Assembly: GCA_028820455.1 (NCBI GenBank)
Contig: JAPPJC010000057.1
Location: 43,608 to 105,859 of the forward strand
DNA from: Acidimicrobiaceae bacterium
GTDB taxonomy: Bacteria > Actinomycetota > Acidimicrobiia > Acidimicrobiales > Aldehydirespiratoraceae
Direction of reading: 5' to 3'
DNA: 62,252 nucleotides
Below are positions 1 to 8,004 of this stretch, in pieces (position 1 is the stretch's first letter; each line of letters starts with the position of its first letter). The translations under genes and the position numbers were made by a program. The notes beneath the pieces are model-generated. The model made no database searches. It saw only the letters and a program-made list of their open reading frames with translations, and had not been told where the DNA came from.

Positions 1-144
1 TCCCGGCGTGGTGAATCGAACTGCTGGGGTGGGCTTGCGTGTGCTGTGGGTGGTATGACATGTGAGCCTCCATCCCGGCGTGGTGAATCGAACTGCTGGG
101 GTGGGCTTGCGTGTGCTGTGGGTGGTACGTCCGATGGGGAGTTT
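1..144. repeat. 72-nt in-frame tandem duplication inside the DprA-like C-terminal tail
   Basis: nt 1-55 recur at 73-127 (tcccggcgtggtgaatcgaactgctggggtgggcttgcgtgtgctgtgggtggta). On the minus strand this encodes PPTAHASPPQQFDSPRR twice. Confidence 0.9.
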
Positions 145-1136
145 GTGTTGTCAAGAAGCGATTCTATGTCGTCTGGGCTTGATACGGGTGTTGCGCCCCG
201 CTGTTGGAGGGGCTCGTTGCCGGGGCCTTCTCCTTCGCCTCGCCACACTGCTATGTGACCGTAGCCGTTCTTGAGTGTTTCGGTGGCCCCGGACCAGGTG
301 CCTCCGCTGCCGTGGTCGCTGGCAACCACCACGGTGAGTTCGGTCTGTGCGTAGATGAGCTTGTTGCGTCCCATGGCGTTACCCACGTTGAACGGTGCTT
401 TGGGACTGTAGGGAGTGCACATGACGACTCTGTCGTCGTATATCGCTCGCCGTATATCGGGGTGTTTGAGTTTACGAACCAGCGATTCGGCCAGTATCCC
501 GACGACAGACCCACCGGCCTCGAATGCCGAGTCCATAGCGAGCTGATCCACACCCCGAGCACCCCCGGACACCAACGGCAAGCCACGCCAAGCGGCGATC
601 CGTGCGATCTCCCTGGAAACCTCACCCCCTGCTTCGGACACGTTACGGCTGCCGACTACTCCCAACCCGGGAGTGTCAAGCAGATCTATAGCACCAGCGG
701 CATGTATCAGTGGCGGTGCCTTAGTTCCAAGCCGCTTCAGCCACGTCTGAGGGTAGTCCTCATCGAAAGCCGTGAGCGTTCGGATGCCCGATTGGTTCAG
801 CTGATCCACTTCGAAAGCCAGAGCCGTGACCCGGTTGATGAGTTTTGTGATACGCTTGGCGAGGTTCCCGGGCAGGTTGTAATCTCCGATGAGCTGTTCC
901 TCGTCGCAGCCCAACAGCACACCCGGATTCTTTCCCGCGTGGGCCTGTTCTTCGTTTGCTGTGCTGTTATCCGCACTGGACTCAGGCTTGAGCTGCTGCT
1001 GACCGAGCAACAAATCAGATCCCGGTCCGATGAGATCAAGTAGTTTCCAGAACTCAGACGGCTTCAACGGTTGCAGGCCTTTGGCACTGAGGCGGCTGAC
1101 AAGCAGGATAGTAGCAAGCGAGTTGTCGTGTGTCAT
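1..1136 (-). CDS. DprA/Smf-like (SLOG/Rossmann) protein, partial because the 3' end runs off the window. Likely PsyrA/ShosA-type partner of the upstream RecQ-PRTase.
   Basis: Absent from the ORF track because there is no stop inside the window. My translation from ATG 1136..1134: MTHDNSLATILLVSRLSAKGLQPL...LGVVGSRNVSEAGGEVSREIARIAAWRGLPLVSGGARGVDQLAMDSAFEAGGSVVGILAESL...GNAMGRNKLIYAQTELTVVVASDHGSGGTWSGATE. The GSRN, SGGARGVD and RNKLIY blocks are DprA/Smf signatures. ATGA start/stop overlap with the upstream gene at 1133-1136. Confidence 0.75.
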   Translation of the reverse strand, partial: MTHDNSLATILLVSRLSAKGLQPLKPSEFWKLLDLIGPGSDLLLGQQQLKPESSADNSTANEEQAHAGKNPGVLLGCDEEQLIGDYNLPGNLAKRITKLINRVTALAFEVDQLNQSGIRTLTAFDEDYPQTWLKRLGTKAPPLIHAAGAIDLLDTPGLGVVGSRNVSEAGGEVSREIARIAAWRGLPLVSGGARGVDQLAMDSAFEAGGSVVGILAESLVRKLKHPDIRRAIYDDRVVMCTPYSPKAPFNVGNAMGRNKLIYAQTELTVVVASDHGSGGTWSGATETLKNGYGHIAVWRGEGEGPGNEPLQQRGATPVSSPDDIESLLDNTNSPSDVPPTAHASPPQQFDSPRRDGGSHVIPPTAHASPPQQFDSPRR

Positions 1137-3271
1137 CGGCCCGACCTCCCAGCGGTGTCCGCCAAAGCGAATGGGAAAACCGGGCCCGAGCCTGCTTGAC
1201 GCAACAGCGAACCGACAACGGTCAGAGTCCAACGAGAGTCAACCATGTCATCCACCAGAAGCACAGCACCGGTCGGTAGTTCACTGTTGGTCTTGTTGCC
1301 ACTCAACCGGTCATTCCTGATCTTGAACGCACCCCGCACGTTATCGTACTGCTGTTGACTGTTCTGCATCGTCTTTTGGGGCTGGGTGTGCCTGACTTTG
1401 ATGAGCACATCCATACAATCTAGCCCGAGCGACGGCGCGAGCCGCGATGCGAAATCCGAAACCAGTTCGGGGTGACGTAGTGAAGGCACGTACGTTACCC
1501 ACTCGGGTGTCGGGTCGGGTTGCCAGCGGTCTCGGATCAGATTGCACGCCGCATCCACCAGCTGGTCACTGAACTTGCCGTCGTGCTGTTTGTCTGTACG
1601 CACGAGTTGACCCCATCCGCCGTCACCCCACCTGGAGAGAGCACGCCCTTCTTCAAGACGGTACTCATCTGGGATGTTCCCATAGTCTGGGAATTTCTTG
1701 CGTGGCTCGATAATCCGCTCGGACTTGCGTAGAAAGTCAACGGCCTGCTGCACAGAGGCCGAGTCGAAGAGCCGATCCAAGTTCTCGCCGGTGCAGTTAT
1801 CGCAAATCCCGCACGGCTCTGAATCGTGATCATCGAGGTAGGCACGCAGCAACTGCATACGGCACTGGTCGCTATCTATATAATCAAGCATCTGCTGCTG
1901 TTCTGTTCTACGCAGTGCTGTGACCGAAGCGACCCGCTGATGATCGAACTCCCACGGTGACAACGTGCGCAACCATCGACTGCCGTCTCGTTCAACAGCT
2001 CCTTCTATCTCAAGGATCTTCAACAAACCCGAGAGCTGACCCTGTCTGACGTTCACTTCTTTGAATAACTCCCGATTCGACATGGACACAGCCCGATGTT
2101 CCATCAATCTCACCACCTGCTCTGCAAGATCAGCCGGAGGGAAAGCCGAGTCTATGAAATAGTCCTGGATGTCTGTGTCCTCACTTCCCCGCAGCAGGAT
2201 ACCCCACGATTCCGCAAGAGCACGACCGGCACGCCCAACCTGCTGGTAGTAAGCCACAGGCGAGCCCGGGGACTGGTAGTGGATCACGAACGCGAGGTCG
2301 GGCTTGTCGAATCCCATGCCCAGAGCCGATGTGGCCACCACAACCTTCACCTCATTCGACAGTAATTCCTGTTCTATGATTTCCCTGTCCTCGTTGCCGC
2401 TACTACCGCTATAGTGCACTGCATTCACTCCTCTGGATTCAAGCCAGGCAGCGACCCGTTCGGTGTCGGCGACGGTCAGGCAGTAGATGATACCGGTGCC
2501 AGGCAGTTCCCCGATGACGGTGGCGAGCCACATGAGCCGCTCCTCCTGAGACGGCTTCTTCAGTACATGAAGTCGCAGACCCCGACGAGCAAGTGGCCCC
2601 CTCATAGACACAAAATCCGCTCCCAGCTGAGCTTTCACATCATCGACAACCCGGTCATTGGCAGTGGCTGTGCAACACAGTACCGGCACCCCAGCTGGTA
2701 GCAGTTCCAGCACCCGCACCAGACGCCGATAGTCGGGGCGAAAATCGTGACCCCAGTCGGAGATGCAGTGGGCTTCGTCGATCACCAGCATACCACTACG
2801 CCGACCGACGATCGGTAGCATTTTCTTGCGGAATCGTTGGTTCGCCAACCGTTCCGGTGAGATCAACAACACGTCTACTCTGTCCTCGTTGATCTGTTCT
2901 TCGAGCTCACGCCATTCATCGCGATTCGTGCTGTTGATGCTGACAGCTAGAACCCCTACCCGCTTGGCAGCCTCAATCTGGTTGCGCATCAACGCCAGCA
3001 ACGGCGACACCAGCAACGTAGGACCGAAGCCCCGTTCTCTCAGCAGTCGTGTAGCGATGAAATAAACCGCGCTCTTGCCCCAGCCGGTCCGCTGCACCAA
3101 AAGCACTCGCTTGCGGTCTCTGACAAGAGCCAGAATCGACTCCAGCTGGTCGGGCCGGAACACGCTGTCGGAGTTGTTGGTCAGCTGCTGTAGCAGTTTC
3201 AGTGCCTCTGCCTCTATCGTTTTCGTTTCCAATGTTTTTGCCTTTGTCATCTTAAGTCTCCACTGTGTCAT
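1133..3271 (-). CDS. RecQ-family DNA helicase fused to a C-terminal ComFC-like phosphoribosyltransferase domain (PsyrT/ShosT-like)
   Basis: 712-aa ORF. Walker A is TGWGKSAVYF. VIDEAHCISDWGHDFRPDY is the DEAH box plus RecQ-specific segment. RecQ zinc module is DQC...CGICDNC. The C-terminal ~150 aa read VRHTQPQKTMQNSQQQYDNVRGAFKI...GAVLLVDDMVDSRWTL, which is the ComF/PRTase pattern. Confidence 0.85.
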   Translation of the reverse strand: MTQWRLKMTKAKTLETKTIEAEALKLLQQLTNNSDSVFRPDQLESILALVRDRKRVLLVQRTGWGKSAVYFIATRLLRERGFGPTLLVSPLLALMRNQIEAAKRVGVLAVSINSTNRDEWRELEEQINEDRVDVLLISPERLANQRFRKKMLPIVGRRSGMLVIDEAHCISDWGHDFRPDYRRLVRVLELLPAGVPVLCCTATANDRVVDDVKAQLGADFVSMRGPLARRGLRLHVLKKPSQEERLMWLATVIGELPGTGIIYCLTVADTERVAAWLESRGVNAVHYSGSSGNEDREIIEQELLSNEVKVVVATSALGMGFDKPDLAFVIHYQSPGSPVAYYQQVGRAGRALAESWGILLRGSEDTDIQDYFIDSAFPPADLAEQVVRLMEHRAVSMSNRELFKEVNVRQGQLSGLLKILEIEGAVERDGSRWLRTLSPWEFDHQRVASVTALRRTEQQQMLDYIDSDQCRMQLLRAYLDDHDSEPCGICDNCTGENLDRLFDSASVQQAVDFLRKSERIIEPRKKFPDYGNIPDEYRLEEGRALSRWGDGGWGQLVRTDKQHDGKFSDQLVDAACNLIRDRWQPDPTPEWVTYVPSLRHPELVSDFASRLAPSLGLDCMDVLIKVRHTQPQKTMQNSQQQYDNVRGAFKIRNDRLSGNKTNSELPTGAVLLVDDMVDSRWTLTVVGSLLRQAGSGPVFPFALADTAGRSGR

Positions 3272-3353
3272 TTCTCAGAGCATCCTTGCTTAAGGTCTCA
3301 ATTCTGGATTATGTGGGTCACTCGTTACTGTCAGATTGTAGGCAACCCCTGTG

Positions 3354-3420
3354 ACAGAACCCACGGGGTAGCTCACCACCAGCTGCTCGAATGCACGTCA
3401 CAGCTGTGATAGGCAACAGG
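3354..3420. repeat. recQ-upstream leader/promoter-region segment, copy A of a dispersed repeat (copy B at 27242-27317)
   Basis: cagaacccacggggtagctcaccaccagctgctcgaatgcacgtcacag...ctgtgat aligns with cagaatccacgaggtagctcatcacgatctgcttgaatacacggcacag...ctgtgat at 27242. Copy B carries a 12-nt insertion. Confidence 0.7.
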
Positions 3421-3462
3421 CGATGGGTGTCGGTGCTGGAGGCCTGCCACAGGTACTCCAGC

Positions 3463-3569
3463 AACATACGCTGCGTGTGTCACACCCCTCATTACACCAT
3501 GCGTTCGGGGGTGGGAAGGAGCTTGCAGACCTCCAACATACGCTGCGTGTGTCACACCCCTCATTACAC
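3463..3569. repeat. Two 35-nt direct repeats with a 72-nt period in the recQ / gp37-like divergent intergenic region
   Basis: aacatacgctgcgtgtgtcacacccctcattacac occurs at 3463-3497 and again at 3535-3569. Confidence 0.85.
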
Positions 3570-3628
3570 TGCTGAGTAGATAATCTTTAGTAAGTCTGAT
3601 GGGGAACAGGAGAGGAGAGATAGAAAGC

Positions 3629-4375
3629 ATGGCTGATCGTACGGGCATTGAATGGACCGAAACAACTTGGAACCCCACCACTGGATGCAACCGTGTCTCA
3701 CCCGGCTGTGACAACTGCTACGCGCTCACCATGGCGAAACGCCTCAACGCGATGGGCAACATCAGATACCAAAACGACGGTGATCCCAACTCCAGTGGCC
3801 CCGGTTTCAAACTGACACTACACGACGACCTGCTGGAACGACCGTATCGATGGAGAACACCACGTGTGGTCTTCGTTAACTCCATGAGCGATCTCTTCCA
3901 CCCAGATGTGCCGCTAGAGTTCATTCAACGTGTTTTCGGTGTCATGACCGACACTTCGAGACACACCTATCAGATCCTCACAAAACGGTCAAAACGTCTA
4001 ACTCTGCTGGCGGACAAGTTGAACTGGTCGTCCAATATTTGGATGGGTGTAAGCGTCGAGTCGAAACGCTACGCCTTCCGAATCGACCATCTGCGCTCCG
4101 TTGATGCCGCGGTGCGTTTCATCAGTGCCGAGCCCTTGCTGGAGGCACTCCCGGATCTTGATCTTTCATCGATTCACTGGCTTATCGCAGGCGGTGAAAG
4201 TGGCCACAACGCCCGTCCTCTACGAGAAGAATGGGTTATTGATCTACGCGATCAGTGTGCAGCCGCAGGAGTAGCTTTCTTCTTCAAGCAATGGGGAGGT
4301 CGAACCTCAAAAGCGAACGGACGTGAACTAAACGGTTCATACCATGACGATATGCCCACTATTCAAAGTTCATAA
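3629..4375 (+). CDS. Phage Gp37/Gp68 family (DUF5131, three-Cys motif) protein
   Basis: MADRTGIEWTETTWNPTTGCNRVSPGCDNCYALTMAKRL is the characteristic N-terminus with the CxxxxCxxC motif. aggagaggagag lies upstream of ATG 3629, so I prefer this start over the track start at 3599. Confidence 0.8.
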   Translation: MADRTGIEWTETTWNPTTGCNRVSPGCDNCYALTMAKRLNAMGNIRYQNDGDPNSSGPGFKLTLHDDLLERPYRWRTPRVVFVNSMSDLFHPDVPLEFIQRVFGVMTDTSRHTYQILTKRSKRLTLLADKLNWSSNIWMGVSVESKRYAFRIDHLRSVDAAVRFISAEPLLEALPDLDLSSIHWLIAGGESGHNARPLREEWVIDLRDQCAAAGVAFFFKQWGGRTSKANGRELNGSYHDDMPTIQSS

Positions 4376-4539
4376 CGATTGAACAAGAGTCATCGATCTG
4401 CGCTACTGCCGTATTGGATTGAAAGTAAAAAGCACTTTGACCTCGAGACGTTTTCCTGGGTCTACAGTACGGGCACTGGAAACAAAACCAGAATTCAATA
4501 GCATCATTCAAACATGCAAATGCGAAAACAAAGGCAGAG

Positions 4540-5067
4540 ATGCTGATTCTGCTTCCTCACACAACAATCCCAAGGCTAGCAGGATGGGATTCAGCAATGG
4601 GGTTAGATGAGGAACTATCGTCTTCTGTAACAGAATTCTACGGATCAAGGGTTTGGAAACATATTCATGAGAAGAGAAGTCATCAGGAGCTCACTGCTGC
4701 TGAAACACGAGAGCTTTATACGGAATTATTCCGCTATAGGCTTGAAAACGTGCTGGGCTATAACAGGACACTCACAATAGAAATGGGCAACGAACGTGGA
4801 GTCCCAGTGTACGTACTGGTATTTGCCACCGATCATGACGCTGGCGTTCGGATCATGTCATCGGTCTTCGAGCAAGCACGTAAACAAGCAGCAGAATACA
4901 GGGCTGAAATAACCGAAAGACGCGAGAGAGAAGAGTTAACAAAAGCAGGAATTCGTCCTCTATTTGAACTCCCGAATGAAACACCTCGACACTTCGAAAC
5001 AACACATACCGAAGGCTCTCCGTCCATACCTGATTGGCTTATGGAGCATATAATTTCAGACATCTAG
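4540..5067 (+). CDS. Hypothetical protein. Possibly a 5'-truncated TcmP-like partner of the Gp37/Gp68 protein (weak inference).
   Basis: Track ORF. An internal ATG at 4597 (MGLDEEL) is a plausible start. The segment VPVYVLVFATDHDAGVRIMSSVF resembles the C-terminal part of partner proteins usually adjacent to Gp37/Gp68 genes, but I see no N-terminal motif. Confidence 0.35.
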   Translation: MLILLPHTTIPRLAGWDSAMGLDEELSSSVTEFYGSRVWKHIHEKRSHQELTAAETRELYTELFRYRLENVLGYNRTLTIEMGNERGVPVYVLVFATDHDAGVRIMSSVFEQARKQAAEYRAEITERREREELTKAGIRPLFELPNETPRHFETTHTEGSPSIPDWLMEHIISDI

Positions 5068-5881
5068 ATGCTCCGATGCACAGCAGAATCGATTTCAATC
5101 AGCATCCTAGCATGGTGTATGTGTCTCATTGAGGAGTGAAGCAACCGTCTCTATAAAAGCGATCTCATCTATCGAGGCCGCAGCAAACCCGGATCACACG
5201 AACTGCGGATCAATTTGTCGACTACATTCACGACGATAAACCGCACTCGTTGTAACCGACAATATCGTCGGGCTCACGCTGGTCGAGCAAGGCAGCTGCT
5301 CAAAACGTTGCACAATGTCGTCGAGATCCCTTCCACAGCGACGACGGCGTTCGAAATCGGGGCGTGCCCGAATGACACCACAACTGCCTCGGCGCGGCAT
5401 AGGTGAAACCTCAACCACGGAGGGCTCGTCGATGTGATCGGCTTAGGGTTCGGTGTGCTGACTTTACGGCTCTTCGCGATCTAGGGTGTGTCCTTGATGC
5501 TTGTTTGGTCAGTACATCAATAGGGAGGAGGAGTACTTCAGTGTAGGCATCGATGCTTGGCTGTTTGGAGATGGTGAGACTGAGCTCCTCGATCGCGGAA
5601 CGAAGGGCTATGTCAAGTGCTGTTCCAGCTAATACGATTGGAGCGGCCGGAACAACTGTATCGTCTGAATTCGGCATCCGTAACTGGTTAAACAGATCCT
5701 TTGAAGAGACAGCGCGAGCATTGGAAGATTCGACAAGCCGTGGTTTCACCTGACCAGAGCTGACCACGCTGATCCATTGACGGGTTGCTGGTCGGCTCGG
5801 GTTATTTGATGAGTGTCTTGTTTGTCCAGATGTGGGTTAAGTACTAGTGGTTTGTTGGGATATGTGGTCGCTCGCTGTGTG

Positions 5882-6595
5882 TCACAGGTAGCCGAGTCTT
5901 GTGAGTGTTTCGGCTGCTGTGTGAGGGTAATGTCGCACGGTTGAGGCAGCTTGAGCGTGTTTCCATTCTTGGAGCGAGGCCAGCACGGCTGTCTTCCAGC
6001 CCTGTTTGAAATTGGTATAGAGCTTCTCACGTTCAAGGAACAGCAGAAAGTCCTCGAACGTCGGGCGGAACTGCTGGCCTCCCACAGGAAAGTGTAATGA
6101 GTATAAATCTGGTGCTGGCTGGCCACTAGAACCGTATATCCAAGCCATCTCCGGTGAATTGGCGTGGAGATGCACGTGTGCAGCAGCCCCGTCCTTGGTG
6201 TTTCTGCGACGGTCGTATTCCACACGCACCAGCGGCCGTGGCTTTTTCCGGCCTCTTGTGATGTCAACCCAAAGACTAATAGTTGAACGCTCGACCCGCA
6301 GTCGGGTGTTTTCGTCGTCCATCTCAACAATAAATTTGACATGCAGCAGCAACGCTGGCACATTGGGATCTTCGTCCTCGCGAATCAGCGGAAGTTCTTT
6401 GAAGCGAGGTGTCCCGCTTCTAGCAGTATGAACTATCATGTGGTCATTACTTCCAGTGGTGTCTATAACAAACTGCATATTTGTATGGATAGTCGAGTCC
6501 ACAAGGTTGTTGAGTTTGTCTGCGAACTCTTTGGCCGCTTTCTGTAGCGACATCTCAGACACAGCTATATAACCCAATCCTGGTAGATCAGCCAA
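5882..6595 (-). CDS. Hypothetical protein (no motif recognised)
   Basis: 237-aa ORF in the same direction as the small ORF 6565-6735. The true start may be the internal ATG at 6553 (MSLQKAAKEF). Confidence 0.45.
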   Translation of the reverse strand: MADLPGLGYIAVSEMSLQKAAKEFADKLNNLVDSTIHTNMQFVIDTTGSNDHMIVHTARSGTPRFKELPLIREDEDPNVPALLLHVKFIVEMDDENTRLRVERSTISLWVDITRGRKKPRPLVRVEYDRRRNTKDGAAAHVHLHANSPEMAWIYGSSGQPAPDLYSLHFPVGGQQFRPTFEDFLLFLEREKLYTNFKQGWKTAVLASLQEWKHAQAASTVRHYPHTAAETLTRLGYL

Positions 6596-6735
6596 AGCTC
6601 CCGCAGCCGAGCGTTCGTCAAAGTATCGTCTTTTCCTTCAGCTATGAAATCTTCAAGAGTGTAGTGTTCTTCTGCAACGACACGTTTGACCTCATTCACT
6701 ATCTCTTCATCGGTGAATATTCGCACCTCAGCCAT
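6565..6735 (-). CDS. Small 56-aa hypothetical protein upstream of 5882-6595
   Basis: Not in the track (under 60 aa). ATG 6735 is preceded by GGAGGA. Translation: MAEVRIFTDEEIVNEVKRVVAEEHYTLEDFIAEGKDDTLTNARLRELWLIYQDWVI. Confidence 0.4.
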   Translation of the reverse strand: MAEVRIFTDEEIVNEVKRVVAEEHYTLEDFIAEGKDDTLTNARLRELWLIYQDWVI

Positions 6736-6846
6736 CTCTGATCCTCCTCATATGGCTAGTGAACTAATGCACAGTTTAGCATAGTATATAGCATGAGGTA
6801 GCGAATTATATCATATCTTGCGAACTTTCAATGATCTCCTGTTAGG

Positions 6847-6885
6847 TGTGATAACCGCATACGTTGTATCTGGGTTGAAGGGGTG
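6847..6885 (+). repeat. Copy 1 of the ~45-nt dispersed boundary element, abutting the vapC stop
   Basis: tgtgataaccgcatacgttgtatctgggttgaaggggtg. It diverges from the other copies after the G-run. Confidence 0.65.
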
Positions 6886-7278
6886 TTAAGGCTCGATGCG
6901 GCTGATTGTGGGGATTCGGTCGATGCTCCGGTCGAATGACGCGATGTTACGGACACCGGTGGTTTCGGCTACTGCGGCGATGTATGCGTCGCTGAAGTCG
7001 ATTCGGTGGATCTCGTAGATCTCGACAGCTCGCATCAGCAGTGTCAGGTCGGCGGTTTGGATGTTGCGGAATGTCGATATGGATCGTGCGAGTTCGGCCG
7101 TTTGGTTTCGGGGAACCTTGTAGAAAGATTCGAGTACGTAGACAACTTCGGCTAAGATCAGATCTTCTAGGATAAGTTTCTTCGTGGTAGCGAGGTAGGT
7201 AGTAGCCCGTGCTGCTAGTTCAGGGGGATCGCCTGTGAGGTGTCGGATGAGTATGCTGGTATCGAGCAGGGCTGTCAT
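6886..7278 (-). CDS. vapC: PIN-domain toxin VapC
   Basis: MTALLDTSILIRHL... is a PIN N-terminal Asp motif. DAYIAAVAE and a C-terminal FD follow. ATGA overlap with the vapB stop at 7275-7278. Confidence 0.85.
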   Translation of the reverse strand: MTALLDTSILIRHLTGDPPELAARATTYLATTKKLILEDLILAEVVYVLESFYKVPRNQTAELARSISTFRNIQTADLTLLMRAVEIYEIHRIDFSDAYIAAVAETTGVRNIASFDRSIDRIPTISRIEP

Positions 7279-7523
7279 CGTGCCCGTTCGGCCCACCGGT
7301 TCCGTGTGGTTCGGCGTATATCGCTCCATTTCGCGCTACGTTTGTCTGTTGGTACCTCCACGATACCGGCCATCTCTAGCAAGTCGGGGGTGCGGGCGAT
7401 GATCGCTCGATGTTGTTCGACTCTGAACATGATCTGATCCCCGGTTGATAAAGACAGTGCCTCACGCACCGGTTTAGGAATCGTCACCTGGCCTTTTGAT
7501 GTGATTGTCGCTGGAATGTCCAT
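7275..7523 (-). CDS. vapB: AbrB/SpoVT-type antitoxin VapB
   Basis: MDIPATITSKGQVTIPKPVREAL is the swapped-hairpin AbrB/MazE motif. Translationally coupled to vapC. Confidence 0.85.
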   Translation of the reverse strand: MDIPATITSKGQVTIPKPVREALSLSTGDQIMFRVEQHRAIIARTPDLLEMAGIVEVPTDKRSAKWSDIRRTTRNRWAERAR

Positions 7524-8004
7524 AACATTCCTCCTTACATTCTGCTTGATGCAAGGATACAGGGTGGCTGGTGTTCACCACGAGTGAAAGCTGATGCGTC
7601 TGGCCCGAGACGCCCGAAGGATGAACCGGTTGGGACGACAGATTACATTGGAGCATACTATGAGAATCATGTCTTGTTCGATCCTGAAGGGTGTGGCACA
7701 TGCGATAGCTGTTCTAGTGTTGTTAGCGGGGTTCTGTGATGGTAGAAACATCGTCGTTGGCACAAACCCCGGCTAATGCTAACGAGCTCTGTGGCGATCT
7801 TGACGGTGCGACCGAGTTTCCCGATGTTTCCAGCAGAGACTACGGTGCTGACTATATTTTGTGTGCTCGTGCTGTGGGATTGACCAAAGGCAAGAATGAC
7901 TGGACGTTTATCGTTTGCCTTCAGAACATCATTCTGATGCTTTCATACGAATCACCGATGCTTTTCGTGATCCCAGGACACCGGTAGTGATTGCGACAAT
8001 TCTC

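Noticed and set aside
204-1043. 279-aa plus-strand track ORF
   Set aside because: It is antisense to the DprA-like gene, which has clear family motifs. The plus-strand translation has no motif and is a shadow ORF in GC-rich coding DNA.
3463-3569. Possible mini-CRISPR: two 35-nt repeats separated by a 37-nt spacer
   Set aside because: There are only two repeat copies. There are no cas genes in the window and no leader-like array structure. It more likely represents regulatory or duplicated intergenic sequence.
5194-5767. Track ORFs 5194-5418 and 5411-5767 (minus strand) as genes
   Set aside because: The central part of 5411-5767 looks protein-like, but both ORFs have Arg/Ser-rich tails, no SD and no motif. 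They may be a frameshifted remnant, and the support is too weak to annotate.
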